A DNA stretch of 63,665 nucleotides, filler included, from Octopus bimaculoides (taxonomy: Eukaryota), in the NCBI RefSeq assembly GCF_001194135.2. It is 3 parts of 2 records of this genome, joined end to end, with 100 filler letters (N's around TTAATTAATTAA, not from the genome) between each part and the next. Parts side by side here need not be neighbours in the genome. Positions count along the whole stretch, not along the records: positions 35,178 to 63,665 come from NC_068986.1; 2 more parts are not named here. One strand, written 5' to 3'. Shown here piece after piece: positions 49,861-63,100 of the stretch. The stretch's first letter is position 1. Each line of letters opens with the position of its first letter. Made by a program: the position numbers and the translations under genes. The notes under the pieces were generated by a model. The model saw nothing but the letters and a program-made list of their open reading frames with translations, ran no database searches and was not told where the DNA came from.

Positions 49861-50987
49861 ATATATTTTGTATGTTATTCCACCATTTTATATGTATTCT
49901 TCACATGGGGTATACACCAAGATTGTTAGACAAGATGAAAGGTACACTGGAAGAAAAAGTTAGAGAATCTCTGCTGTAATATTTTCATTATCAAATTGAA
50001 TTAATTGCAAAGCCATTTTATCATAACAAATTTGTTAAATGTGTTATGATAAAAAGATTGTAATTGAATAGTAGTGTTCTTCAGATTTTTTTCTTTTCTT
50101 ATCCTTTTCTGTTTTAGGATAACAGTTTTTTTAGGGATTGATTTATTATTGGTAGAATATTTTCTATGAAACATTTGAGCAACCATCAAGCAACCAAGGA
50201 TAACTCTTGAATAATATCAACATTGTTACAAACTGAAATATGGAGTGTATTCTAACCCTGACCTCTTGCAAGTCACTGGATACTCACAAAAGGGTGGAAT
50301 TATATTGATCAGGAAATGAAGCACTTGAATGAAAGGAAAAAAAAACTGCCACTTCAAGAAATAAAACAGCAGGATTTGTGAGTGCAAGAAAAACTGGCTA
50401 AATATTATTTTTACTCATGTTATGCCATCAAGCATATTTGGTTTGAGGAATTGCACATATCACGCCTTAGATTAATGGTTTCTTTGCAATAGCATATGCA
50501 TTCTATTCTTGCTTTGAATTTACACTTGCAGCATTTAAATTGATAAACAAAGTTGAAATATTTGTTTGTTTCTTTTAAGCAATTCATTTTCCTCTTATTA
50601 ATGATTATTAACATTTACCTATATATATATCACATACTATGATTATTAACTTCAAGCTATATATACCATTCTGTTTGTTGTATGAGAAAATCAAAAATTA
50701 AGCACTTACTTTTTTCTATCATGTTTGCTTTTTTTAATTTTGGAGAAGTTTGGATAAATTTCTAAATAAAAAGATTTTTCAACATTTCTTTTTTTTCAAA
50801 TCACAGAGTGAATTTTGTAAGTTTTATCAAGTTAAAGGTTAATAAAATATATCAATACATTATCAACTACTTCTGTGAGTTTTCAGTTAAATATCAGACA
50901 TAACTATAAAGACTTGACAGCAGAACTGTTTCTAAAACTGGAAAGTTACAGCAAGTAACCAAAATCTCTGTAGGCTGTTTTGGTGAA

Positions 50988-51240
50988 TCATCATCATCAT
51001 ACATCCACTTTCCATATTGGCTTGAGTATGACAGATTGTCACAGACCAAGTCGTTTCTTATTCAATTCATATCCTCTTACCTCCCTGGGCAGGTTAGGGA
51101 ACATGTCTTGTTCATATGTTCCATTTTTAACACATATAATTTCTTAAATTAGATGACCTTCCCAACACCAACCACATTACAGAATGTACTGGTTGTATTT
51201 TGTCTTGGTACCAGTACTGCAAGTACTGCAGAATTTGTTG
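50988..51240 (-). mobile_element. RTE-related 3' tail, old
   Basis: catcatcatcat..ccactttccat..gatgaccttcccaacaccaaccac. Confidence 0.5.
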
Positions 51241-51651
51241 AACCCTTAGCAAAACTAACATGTTCTCTTAGCCCTATGCTGTCTCTACACAATTTGCAAA
51301 CCACTTTAAAGAATACATGGGTGTCTTCTACCTCACTAGGCTAAAGAGCCTTTACTATAAAAAGGAGAATACAAGAGAGAATGTTGAAAGAAGTTAAAGT
51401 ATTATGAAAGGAAGAGAGTTATTGGTAGGTGGGACGAGAGTAGTCGAGGAGAGAGCAACAGAATGTAACAGAGAAACTATTATTCGAAGATAAAAAAGTA
51501 ATTTCAAGACAGTGAGAATCAGTGGTGGCATCTTTGGTGATAAGAGAGTTAAAGATGGTTAAAAGAAATGTGATAATACAAAGATAATTTATTTCATAAT
51601 CATTGTTATGGAAAAGACAGAGAAGCAGAGTGATAAGAATAAGAGAACCAT

Positions 51652-51683
<32 letters not shown>

Positions 51684-52619
51684 TCTAGTACATGCATTCA
51701 CACACACACATGCATGCATATACACGTGCACACACACACACACACATGCACATACATAGTAATAAAAATGAAACAAATGGATAATTTGAGTATGACTACA
51801 TGCACTTCAGTAGCAAATTAATTATTAACACATTGTTATTAATTATTGTTATTAATTATTAACACATTGTTATACTATTTTTGACATGCAGTAGCATGCA
51901 AGATTATATAAGATTATAAAATAGTGTTTATGTAACATTGCCACATTGTCAGGTAAGACTTTCCATTAGAGGCTTTTTTGGTGATATGCTCCAATAGTAT
52001 AATGGTAGCTTAGGAAATTTGCAAGTGAACGATAGTTTAATATACTATCTGATTCATTTAGAGGTGATAGGGTTAGTGAGCCATTAACTAATCAAAATCA
52101 TTAGCCTCGCACGCTAAAGAGATTCATTATTTTCAAACAAAAGGACAAAGTAACAAATAGGAGTGTACATTATAATAGCAACTAATCAATTCATTAACTG
52201 CACAAACTAAGCAGACTCATTATATTCATTTCCCATTGGGGAGTGGTTATAACTTAGTTTATTAAACTCAAATTGGATGGAAGAGAGAATAATTGATTAC
52301 AATAGATAAAAAAGCTAACACCAAGCAATTCTTATCAACAATAATAGTGGTCACTAGTGTTATTAGCTGACAAAGAACCTGAAGCAGGTGGTGCCAAAAA
52401 AATATCCAGACTGTTGTATAAGTACTTATTTTTGGGTAAGATATTAACTTCAGTTTTATATTTTAGTGTCAACAGATGTATGTGATAGGGTGACAGGTAA
52501 CCAGACAGTCATGCTAATACATATACACATACACGTGCGTGTTTTTGAGTGCATCGACACACACTCATTGAATAAAAGTTGAAAAAAAGAAATTACAATG
52601 TGAAGTTCATATAAGTGGA

Positions 52620-52830
52620 AAGACTAATAAGAAATATTAATTTCAAATTTTAGCACTAAGCCAGCAATTTCAGAAGTTGGTAAATCAATTACATTGACTC
52701 CAGTACTCAACTTGTACTTACTTTATCGGCCCTGAAAGGATGTGAAGCAAAGTTAACTTCAGCCGAATTTGAAATGCCACTAAACATTTCGCCTAGCATG
52801 CTAACAATTCTGCCAGCTCACTGCATTGAG
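52620..52830 (-). mobile_element. SINE family A (alternative tail)
   Basis: ttcaaattttagcactaagccagcaatttc..ctaacaattctgccagctcac. Confidence 0.75.
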
Positions 52831-53324
52831 ACTAACAAGAAATATTGAAAATTTGCCAAGATGGGAGGAGAAAATATTAACAAAATAAAATTTAAAAAAT
52901 CAAGGTAGGAAAAGAGCAAGAAATTCATCAGCAATTGGATAAACTTGGAAGAACTAAAACATTCTTCCTAGAAGGATAAGGGGTAATACTAAACACATTT
53001 ATAGAAGTTCAGATTGGGACCATCAAAGGCTATTGACTAAAGCTATTAAAGTTAGTATTTGATAAGTAAAATATAAGTGTATTGGTTCAGTTAAGGAAAA
53101 CATACATGTGAGTTTGATTTAGAAGGTAACCAGTTCTTTATCGGCCCTGAATGTTAAAAGAATAAGTTAGAAATATATATAGGCTAGTTAAAACTAGACT
53201 TCAATGTAAATTTAATTTATAAAGTCAAAGGGCTAAATTAATGAGAAGAAAGTTAAAATCAATAAACATTATAGTGATTATAAACACACAAATATACAGA
53301 TATACTTTCCTAACCACATATTGG

Positions 53325-53655
53325 TTAGTAAGATGGTATGTGAGCAAAATTTGAGTGAGGTAGGAGTACTACATGGACCCTGTTGCTCAACTGGTGCTTA
53401 TTTTATCAACCCCATAAAGATAAAAAGCATAGTCGACCTCAGTGGAATGTGAACTCAGAACATAAAGGTTGGTGAAATGCCACTAAGCATTTTGGTAATG
53501 ACTCTGCCACCTTAATGCTGAACCACCGAAGTTGACTTTGCTCTTCATTCTTCTGGGGTCAATAAAATAAGTACCAGTTATGCACTGGGGTCAATGTAAT
53601 CAATTAGCCCCTGCCCTCGAAATTGCTGGCCTTGTGCCAAAATTTGAAACCAATA
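53325..53655. mobile_element. Two head-to-head SINE family A pieces (minus about 53325-53515, plus about 53520-53655)
   Basis: Both align to the family A body. Confidence 0.7.
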
Positions 53656-54084
53656 ATATGGTCCAGCATAAACAAGCAAAAGAATTGCAACTAGGAACAT
53701 AATGGAGAAGTATAGCAAAGAATAGAGCTATTTAATCTAGATTAGGTTGTTTTATATTATTTATTCATTTAATCATTCTTATCAATTTACTTGCTATTCA
53801 TTACTTGACATCATCCTAGTATAGATTGTTAGGAAGAATGATAGAGAGTGCTAGTGATTAAATCATGGTAAATACTTTCAATATGGGATAATTAATATAA
53901 GCGAATACATAATTTCTACACCAAACTCCCACACTAGATAAGTTTATTGAATAGGTTTATAGTATAGGAAAGGAATATGGGCATTTCATATTTAATTCTT
54001 CAAATTTATTGATAAGGTTGTTCTAACACTGCAGAATTTCAACAAGTTCTACACATGCATGTGTATGTGTGTGTGTGTTTGTGT

Positions 54085-54282
54085 TTGTGTGTATTTTAAA
54101 GGGTAAAGACCCCTTTGGTCATGAATGACCCTGAGATTGCAACTAGACAGTTCCTCTCCAAAGCACAAGTCCAAGCAAGGCTGTTTATGGAAGACCAACA
54201 GTTGCCCATGCACACCAGCCTCCCCTCTCCATGCCACTGATGTTATCTAAGGCAAAAGCCAAGACAGCTTGGCACCAGTGAA
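54085..54282 (-). mobile_element. 3' tail of another SINE-like family
   Basis: aagggtaaagacccctttggtcatgaatgacc..cagcttggcaccagtga, recalled as an abundant octopus repeat tail; no second copy in the window. Confidence 0.4.
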
Positions 54283-54887
54283 TACAAGGCATGAAATAGT
54301 ATTTTATAAAATACAGAAAAAATATATGGTATTTTATGTTTTATGAAGCATACAGAGGTTTCATCATATTAACTGCCTGGAATACATAATTGCTTTTTAA
54401 AACATTACTTAATTTTATGTACCTCCTCAGTGTTTAGCAAAAAATACCAAGAATGATGTTAAGTGCTCAGTGTATATTTCTGTTATGCAAATTATAAACA
54501 TCAGTGGAATGGCTGAATCCAGGGTACAGTATAGTAAGAGAAAAACAAACAGAGGTTTGAGATTATGCTTTTTCATATGTAAATGGGAAGACACGCATAC
54601 ATGCTCTTACACATTCGCAACCATTCCCAGTGTATACAGTAGAGAGAAAGGAATGGAAAACCAGAGTCTTGTAGTCAAGACAGTTCCATGATCAACCACT
54701 CCAATAACAGCACTTCAAGATGCCAGCCCAATGACCATGACAATGGCATTAATAACAACAATAATAATACAAATAGCGGTTTAAGGTCAGCGATGCTTGT
54801 AGTCACCTAATTGTCAAGGTTATGGTATCAATTTCAAACAATCTCCTTTCTAGCAGACGAACAAAAGGTACATTGATATAAATTTCT

Positions 54888-55120
54888 TATTTCTTTACTG
54901 CCCACAAAGGGCTACACACATAGGGGACAAACATGGACAGACAAACGGATTAAGTCGATTATATTGACCCCAGTGTGTAACTGGTACTTATTTAATCGAC
55001 CCCGAAAGGATGAAAGGCAAAGTCGACCTCGGCGGAATTTGAACTCAGAACATAACAGCAGACGGAATACTGCCAAGCATTTCACCCGGCGTGCTAACGT
55101 TTCTGCCAGCTCGCCGCCTT
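54888..55120 (-). mobile_element. SINE family A, full length and young, with a 16-bp TSD
   Basis: ATTGATATAAATTTCT at 54872-54887 and 55121-55136; CpGs retained. Confidence 0.92.
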
Positions 55121-55929
55121 ATTGATATAAATTTCTGTAGTCAGTGATGAGTCACACACAATATACCTCCTAAACTGCAACCCCATGACTCACATGCATT
55201 AACATTTTGTATGCTGTCTCTCCATGCACATACATATCCACAAGTACCCACACACATACAGATGCACGTATACATACATATATATTCATCAAGGCCTCAC
55301 AGCACATGTCAAAACTTGTGGCATCAAGGATTTCAATGGAGCAGCAAATATATGAAAATATATGAGCATAACATAAGTCCTTTCACTTTGAGACTAAATC
55401 CAAGAGAGGCAAAATATGTCAGTAGTGTGGTATATATGGACATTGAAGGAAAATACTGCATATTATGATATCATGTGGAAAAGTTTAAACTTTACTTTTA
55501 CAGCAGTAGAAGGTGCTAGCTTTGCTAGGATGAGGAAAGGATCAAACTAAGGAACTCTACTCAGGAACCTATCTAAACAGTAAAAGTGAAGTCTTCTACT
55601 CATATACTCATGAGTGCAAATTTACTCTAGCATACTGGCCTACCACACCATGTATATAAGTACTGAAATAACCTCAGCAGTTTTTTTCTCCTCACCAAAA
55701 TCTGAGGAATCAAAATAAGACTTACAACATCCAGCTGTGATATATACACATATATATACATGCACACGACCTCACAAACTCACCTAATTTTAAAATGAAC
55801 CCTCTCCCACACTGCCTCATCTCCACTTGCTCCCTTTCCAGCATCTCTAATCTTCACTCTACAAGCAAATATCTCCCCTTTTGCTCCCAATCCAAGGGGT
55901 ATAACTCCATTGAACTAAAATAGTTCTCT

Positions 55930-56240
55930 TAGTTTTATCTTTCATCTTTTCAGGATTGATAATATATGTACCTGTTCAGCAGTAGGGTCAGTGTAATCAA
56001 ATAGTCTCTACCCCAAAAATTTCAGGCCTTGTGTCTATAGTAAAAATGATTATTAATTATAATGATGATAATTCTTTCTAATTTTGGCACAAGGCCAGCA
56101 ATTTTGGCAGTGTTCAACTGGTACTTATTTTATTGACTCCTAAAAGATGAGAGCAAAGTCTGTCTTGGCAGTTTTTGAATTCAGAATGTAAAGAGCCATA
56201 CGAACTGCCACTAAGCATATGTCTGGCACAGTAATGATTC
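55930..56240. mobile_element. Two tail-to-tail SINE family A pieces (plus about 55930-56050, minus about 56065-56240)
   Basis: Family A body and alternative-tail motifs. Confidence 0.6.
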
Positions 56241-56261
56241 TTCCAGCTCACTGCCCTGACG

Positions 56262-56695
56262 CAATGTTATACCCTGATGCAATAGTATGTTCTGATATAA
56301 TACCAAGCAGTGGCTCTATGACCTGATGCAATACCAGGCAGTGGCTCTATGACCTGATGCAATACAAGGCAGTGGTTCTCATGACTTCTGATCTTAACTG
56401 ATTGGAAGTGTTATCATGTACATTGTTTTGTCTTCGTATAAAAGATGGGCTACAACAAATATTCTGATCAATACCATAGATTTGCTTGTCAGTTGCTTGA
56501 CCTTAATCAGTTGAGCATGTCTGTTTAACTTGATACCATGTCATGCACATATGGTTGTGATGCATTTGCCTGGTGTACCCTTATCAGACAGGTAGTCATG
56601 ATGAATATATTGAGCTTTGTATATTTATACCCCAGTGTCACTTCTGATGAAATGCACTGTTTTCTCACTCAATAATAATAATAATAATAATAATA
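56262..56695 (+). mobile_element. Interspersed repeat 3' fragment ending in (AAT)n, with about 3 copies of a 30-bp unit (CCTGATGCAATACCAGGCAGTGGCTCTATG)
   Basis: Tandem unit and (AAT)n tail read directly; retroposon origin inferred. Confidence 0.5.
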
Positions 56696-56702
56696 TATTA
56701 AC

Positions 56703-57010
56703 ATTGTATGGCTTAGTGTTTAGAGTAATTGGCTCACAATTGTATTATTTTGAGTTCAATTCCCAGCAATGTGTCCTTGAGCAAGACTCTTTATTTCATG
56801 TTACTCCAGTTCACTCAGCTGGCAAAAATGAGTTATACCTGTAATTCAAAAGACCAGCCTTTTCACATTCTGTGTCCTGCTGAATCTTCCTGAGAACTAC
56901 ATTAAGGGTACATGTGTATATGGAGTACTCAGCTACTTGCACATTTATTTTACAAGCAGGCTGTTCTGTTGATTGGATCAGCTAGAACACTCATCATCAT
57001 AACTGAGGGA
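56703..57010 (+). mobile_element. SINE with a CORE-like body and the family C tail
   Basis: atggcttagtgtttagag..gagttcaattccc..tgtgtccttgagcaagac..ctccagttcactcagctgg, then a tail aligning to 31535-31710. Confidence 0.75.
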
Positions 57011-59771
57011 GAGCCAGTTTTTGTTTCATTTGAGATTTAAATATTTCATTTGAGATTTAAAGTTAAAATTTTGTTATATTTTTTATGCTGAGCTTTATAT
57101 AATGGTTGAGACTGGTTAGTAATAATCTTATAATCATCATTATTTCTATATTCATTTCATTGTAGTTCTGTTAATCACAATTTTATTTAAAATTACTTGC
57201 ACAATATTATTATTGTATTGCAAAATGTTTTGCTTATTGCTTCATCACAAATGTTTTCACACATCATTGTATTTCGTAATGATTTATATATATTTTATTT
57301 CTTACTAAAAATTTTGTATTCTGTTAGAAATATTCCAACATTAGCTTCTAAATGGAAAAATGTTTTCTCGAAATCGTAGTTACTTCCCTTCAATTAATCA
57401 AATTGTACATCTTTTTGTGTGAAAGCGTGGGTTAAAATCACTGTTGTACACACCCTTTGGTAAAAATTTACAGTCACATATAGTCTCTTTTTCCTTTTAA
57501 GTTTTTTCTTCCTCTATATTTCACTCACTTTACATCTCTTCCTAGCTTGCTTCTTTCATATGTTATGTGTGTGTTTTATGTAAATTCAGTATATAATACT
57601 AAAAGGTCAGATAGCTGTATGTTAGTATAGCTAATAAGTATTTTGTGTTACTAGTTGTATGTCAGAAGTATACATTTAAGTTACAGTTACATATTTTAAC
57701 ACATATACCAGTACAGAATAATCCAGTAAACTTTATAAATTGAATTAGCTTCTCTTTTTTTAACAGTATGTTCTGTGTTCAAATCCCGCATAGATCAATT
57801 TTGCCTTTCATCCTTTTGGAGGAAATTAAAGAGGTATGATACCAGACCATTCGATTAGTTGAACTGTATGCCTTTGGCATTTCTTCTGGCTTTGTGTGTT
57901 CTTATTTCAAATCCCAGCATGATTTAATTTGGTGGTATACTTCATTCATGACATGGTTTTGTAGTAACACCTGCATATTGAGTTCCTTTAGAGGAGTCAA
58001 CTTTGTTACAAGCATTCAAGCCAAGTCACTGCTTTGAGAGTACTTCCCTCTCTACCTGTCACAAGCCTTTGAGATCACGTAATGGTCATAGGCACTGCCT
58101 TTCCTGCTGACTAAAAGATTTTTTGAAAAGTTAAACAAAATATTGGTTTTGTAACTAATGCCACTTCACTTTTGGCATTCATTGTATGGTTGTACCTAGC
58201 TCCAGCAAACTTATAGATGCCTTGAGGCACCTGCCTATCAACATCAGAACTCATCACTCATATTCTAACAGATACTCAAAGTTGTTTTACTCCTGCTTTC
58301 TCCCAAAATTTTCAAAAAAGTGTATGTTTATCTAATGATGTCTCTAATTTGCAAAGATTGCTTCTTTTCCCACTTGTTACTCTCTACATGAATGACAAAA
58401 AAGTCAGTTTGCTATCTTCTCTAAAACAACAATTTGAGTCATTTGAAACTTTCCTAACTATTTCTCATTTCAAGTCAACAGCAAATTGAAAGAAAAAAAA
58501 GCTGCAGATACAAATATCAGCCAGTTCAAACCTGAACAATACTTTCAATGCCAATTTCAAGAATGTGATATCAAAAGAACAGTCCATCTTTTCCCTTTTT
58601 TCACGTTTTCTGCAGAAAGACTATTGCTACATCCTTTGATCAATTGAGAAGGGAACTCCTCTACCCCTCCATCAGGCTATTGAAGACGGCCTTTTACACT
58701 AGATAATGCTAGAAAAGTGATTACTTCTTTTCTTGCAGTGTCTGGTCACAGAATCTACTACCACTATCTTGAAAACAGTATTTGCTTGTCAACTGGTGGT
58801 GTAAGTCTCAAACTTTTAGAATGTCTCTAGCAACTCCTGAACAGATTCTTCTCCCAAGAGTTTTCTCCCCCTTATAAGTTCTTTGTTTCTATTTTTTGAG
58901 TGCTAAACTATTCAGGCTCCTTAAATCCAATGGTCTTTGCCTCATTGTAGTGGGGTGTACTTTGAAAGCATCATGCTCAGTGTGTGCTTGTCATTGATCT
59001 CCTGATGCCTCTCTTCGAAAATCACAACCATTCAGCTCTGGACTGATGCTAAACTAGGGTGCAAAGCAGCTGTTCACACCACCGCCATTTGTAAGCACTT
59101 CTGAGACCCCCAAGAGGGTTCTTAAACTCAGTTTAAAATGCCTTCACTCTATTCAGATGTAATGTCTTCCTAATGAAGGTTTCAGAACTCTGGATTACCT
59201 TACTTGGTGGGGCTTTTAGCAGCCATCTCATCTCTCCTTAAGCAACCAATGTGCTCTTTCTACTCCAGGAATTCAGCAGAATGAGCACTTGGCTCTGTAC
59301 TATTTGCATTGAGCATCATTGATATTGTTAAGCTGGGATCTGACTTAGATTTGAATATCTGGGATCTTGATGATACTTCTTTAGACCCAGCTCATCTGGG
59401 TTTATGTAAGCACTCCTCTGTATCTTTCCCTCATTCATACTTACCCCTCTGCTCAACATAGACTGGTTCCAACAGGGTGGTGGGTGAAATTCTATAACTA
59501 GATTGTTCATTCCAGAGGAGAAGTTAACTCAGTGTCTGAGACAATTTATAGTCAAATACATTTTTATTTCTGTTTTATTTCTCAACTGCATCAGTTATTA
59601 TTTTGTTGGACAATATATTGAAAAGGGAAATGATCCTTAAGCTATCTTCTGATGTATATTCAAAATTGCAGATATGGAAGCTCAAGAAATGCTATCATGG
59701 TTAAAAAGATCACTTAAATCATGACCAATCTGAGAGTAATAGTAAGTGTTTGTGATGATGCTACATTTTTT

Positions 59772-59942
59772 CTGGCATGATGCATGGTGCACTGGCATGA
59801 TGCATGGTGCACTGGCATGATGCATGGTGCACTGGCATGATGCATGGTGCACTGGCATGATGCATGGTGCACTGGCATGGTGCATGGTGCACTGGCATGA
59901 TGCATGGTGCACTGGCATGATGCATAGTGCACTGGCATGATG
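59772..59942. repeat. 20-bp minisatellite CTGGCATGATGCATGGTGCA, about 8.5 copies
   Basis: Units counted directly; two single-base variants. Confidence 0.95.
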
Positions 59943-60604
59943 AAAATTGATTTTGTAGATAATTTGTCAATATTGCCCTTTTGACACTTTTCTGCATGGA
60001 ACTCTATTTGAACTGTTACATGATGTTTTTCTGGAACTAGTGGATGGAACTGGAAATCTCAGAATAGACCAGCAATGTTAACATTGGAATATCTTTCTTG
60101 TTGAATATATCAGTAATGTCATCTGTAAACACTGAGTATTCATTATATTTTTCGAATGTTCAGCATATGTATGTATATTAATATGAGAAGTTAGAAGCAT
60201 TACACCATTCAGCCCATTATGGTGAGATAAACATAATTGTTAAATGAGCCCTAGCCAGCATAAATATCCCCAGGGACATTGGAAAGAGACATGATGAATT
60301 CACTCTTTGCCTTTAGTTAGAGGCAGATGCCTCATATAAGATACTGCTGTTAGCAAATCTTTCACTCCATCATACATTATTAACATGTAACATCAACTTT
60401 ACCATGCTTGCATGGATCAGACGGAACTTGTCAAGACAGATTTTCAACAGCTGAATGCCCTTCTTGTTGTCAGTCCTCACCTGTTTCCAAGCAAGGTATT
60501 TCCCATGGCCTGACATGTTTTCCAAGGAAGATTGGAAATGAACACATCACTTGTATGATGGTGGTACTTCTTTACAACCATCATGTGATGTCAAGACAAG
60601 GGTA

Positions 60605-60790
60605 AACTCAAACACACACACAAACACACGATGGACTTCTTTCTGTTTCTACCAACCAAATCTACTCACAAGGCTTTAGCTGACCCGTAGCTATAGCAAA
60701 AGACACTTATTCATTGTGTTGTACAGAGGAGCTGAACCCAAGACCACATGATTCCAAACCAAGCTTCTTAACTATACAACCACGCCTACT
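60605..60790 (-). mobile_element. SINE family B, 5' half
   Basis: Reverse head gtaggcgtggttgtatagttaagaagcttgg, CORE-like segment, internal (TG) tract. Confidence 0.7.
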
Positions 60791-61611
60791 CCTGTAATGA
60801 AATAAAATGATGGAATATCATAATTGTTTTTAAATTACATTTTTCAACCTTTGGCATTTGAGATGTTGTGGGGAGCCAGGTTGCTTGAAAAGGATGTATT
60901 TGATGCATCCTGTCTCACTGAAGTATCAAATAATGCTTGCAAGAGTGTTTGGCTGTTCCAGTGCCTCAGGCTCATAATCACTTATGATAATGCTGTGAAT
61001 AATTACCTCAAAAATTTTTAGACAGATACGCCATTGTACCTTAGTGCAATGTATAATTTTGGAGTGTATATGCCTCTATATTTTGTTCATTTAAGTAGTT
61101 TTTTTTTTTTTTCACTTTTGTAATTTTGTTTTTCATGTATTACAACTTTTATTAAAATTTAGATACAAAGAAACAGGAAAAAAGAGATAAAAAAGTAAAA
61201 GAAAGAAAACAAAAAGGTGAGGGGTAAAGCAGGTGAAGGAGGAGGAGGTAGGGGTGCAATGGGCCACATACCCTAGAAAATAGTGTGCTCAGCCATGCCC
61301 TGCAGTAATGACCATGACAGCGTTGCCACAAGGAGAATGGCCAGTGACACTCATTGCAACAGCCACTCCACCTTGCAGNNNNNNNNNNNNNNNNNNNNNN
61401 NNNNNNNNNNNNNNNNNNNNNNNNNNNNNNNNNNNNNNNNNNNNNNNNNNNNNNNNNNNNNNNNNNNNNNNNNNNNNNNNNNNNNNNNNNNNNNNNNNNN
61501 NNNNNNNNNNNNNNNNNNNNNNNNNNNNNNNNNNNNNNNNNNNNNNNNNNNNNNNNNNNNNNNNNNNNNNNNNNNNNNNNNNNNNNNNNNNNNNNNNNNN
61601 NNNNNNNNNNN

Positions 61612-61643
<32 letters not shown>

Positions 61644-61939
61644 TTGAAATATACAGTATCATATATCAATTACGGCCATGTATCAATTAATATACCCACT
61701 CTAATAAAAGATGTATGAGTGTATTTTTTCCTGATTTATGGGTTTTTAGACAACTTACACATGAAAACACACACACACATACATATATATCATGGTATTA
61801 CTGTATCAACCGGGTTATTAGATGTTGTTGTACATCGCTAGTCACAATGCACTTCTTTGTATTTTTGTTGCTTTATAATGATGCCACCCTTCTCGCTAAA
61901 TAAACTAGCCAGCATTCCTCCTGAATGGAATGCTTGTTC

Positions 61940-62090
61940 ATTGCAGGATTACCCATTTAGGGCTGAAAGGACTGGAGTAGTGTGTAGTAAAGTGTCTTTG
62001 CTCAAGGACACAGCACACTGCTGGTCTAGAAATCAAAACCATAATCTAGCAATCATGACTGCAGCACCCTGACCAATGGACCATGTGCCT
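61940..62090 (-). mobile_element. tRNA/CORE-like SINE 5' part
   Basis: Reverse: ggcacatggtccattggtcaggg..tgtgtccttgagcaaagacactttac..ctccagtc..taaatgggta. Confidence 0.6.
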
Positions 62091-62216
62091 TCACATACAT
62101 ACATTTACACAACTAAAGTACTTATCAGACAATAATTTATGGTATATATTGTTTTCTGTTTTATTGTTCTGCATTTACATCTCATAGGACTTAACCAAAG
62201 GGAAAATAATGTGTGT

Positions 62217-62296
<80 letters not shown>

Positions 62297-63060
62297 NNNN
62301 NNNNNNNNNNNNNNNNNNNNNNNNNNNNNNNNNNNNNNNNNNNNNNNNNNNNNNNNNNNNNNNNNNNNNNNNNNNNNNNNNNNNNNNNNNNNNNNNNNNN
62401 NNNNNNNNNNNNNNNNNNNNNNNNNNNNNNNNNNNNNNNNNNNNNNNNNNNNNNNNNNNNNNNNNNNNNNNNNNNNNNNNNNNNNNNNNNNNNNNNNNNN
62501 NNNNNNNNNNNNNNNNNNNNNNNNNNNNNNNNNNNNNNNNNNNNNNNNNNNNNNNNNNNNNNNNNNNNNNNNNNNNNNNNNNNNNNNNNNNNNNNNNNNN
62601 NNNNNNNNNNNNNNNNNNNNNNNNNNNNNNNNNNNNNNNNNNNNNNNNNNNNNNNNNNNNNNNNNNNNNTATATATATGTATGTTTGTATGTATGTATGT
62701 ATGTATGTATGAATATATCGTTTTTGAATTTGGTTTGCAAGATTCTTTATGTGAGTTCATGTGTTGAAGCATATTTTGTTATGCTTAGGGAGAGTCGTTC
62801 TCTTTTTGTGTGTTATTATTTAACACACTCACCTGTTCAGTTTCCACTCATTTACTTCTTTATTTTTGCTAAATATTTTACTGAAATTTTCGTTGCATCT
62901 CGCATCCTCTTCAATAGTCGTTGAGAGTCAACAAGTATTGAAAATGATGCAAGATGCAACAAAGATTTTAGAAAAAATAATGAAGTAAATGAGTGGAAAC
63001 TGAACTTTTGAATGTGTTAAATAATAAGGCACAAAAAGAGAATGACTCTCCCCAGACACA

Positions 63061-63100
<40 letters not shown>

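Noticed and set aside
52385-52430. Mariner-like TIR word (ggtggtgccaaaaaaatatccagact)
   Set aside because: Too short, with no partner end or TA flank.
58880-58930. RPLDLRSLN resembling a DIRS RT motif
   Set aside because: No downstream DLKDAY, FG or YLDD motifs in any frame I could read.
59772-59942. Possible CRISPR array or metal-response-element cluster
   Set aside because: There are no spacers between units, the context is eukaryotic, and TGCACTG/TGCACCA do not fit the TGCRCNC consensus.
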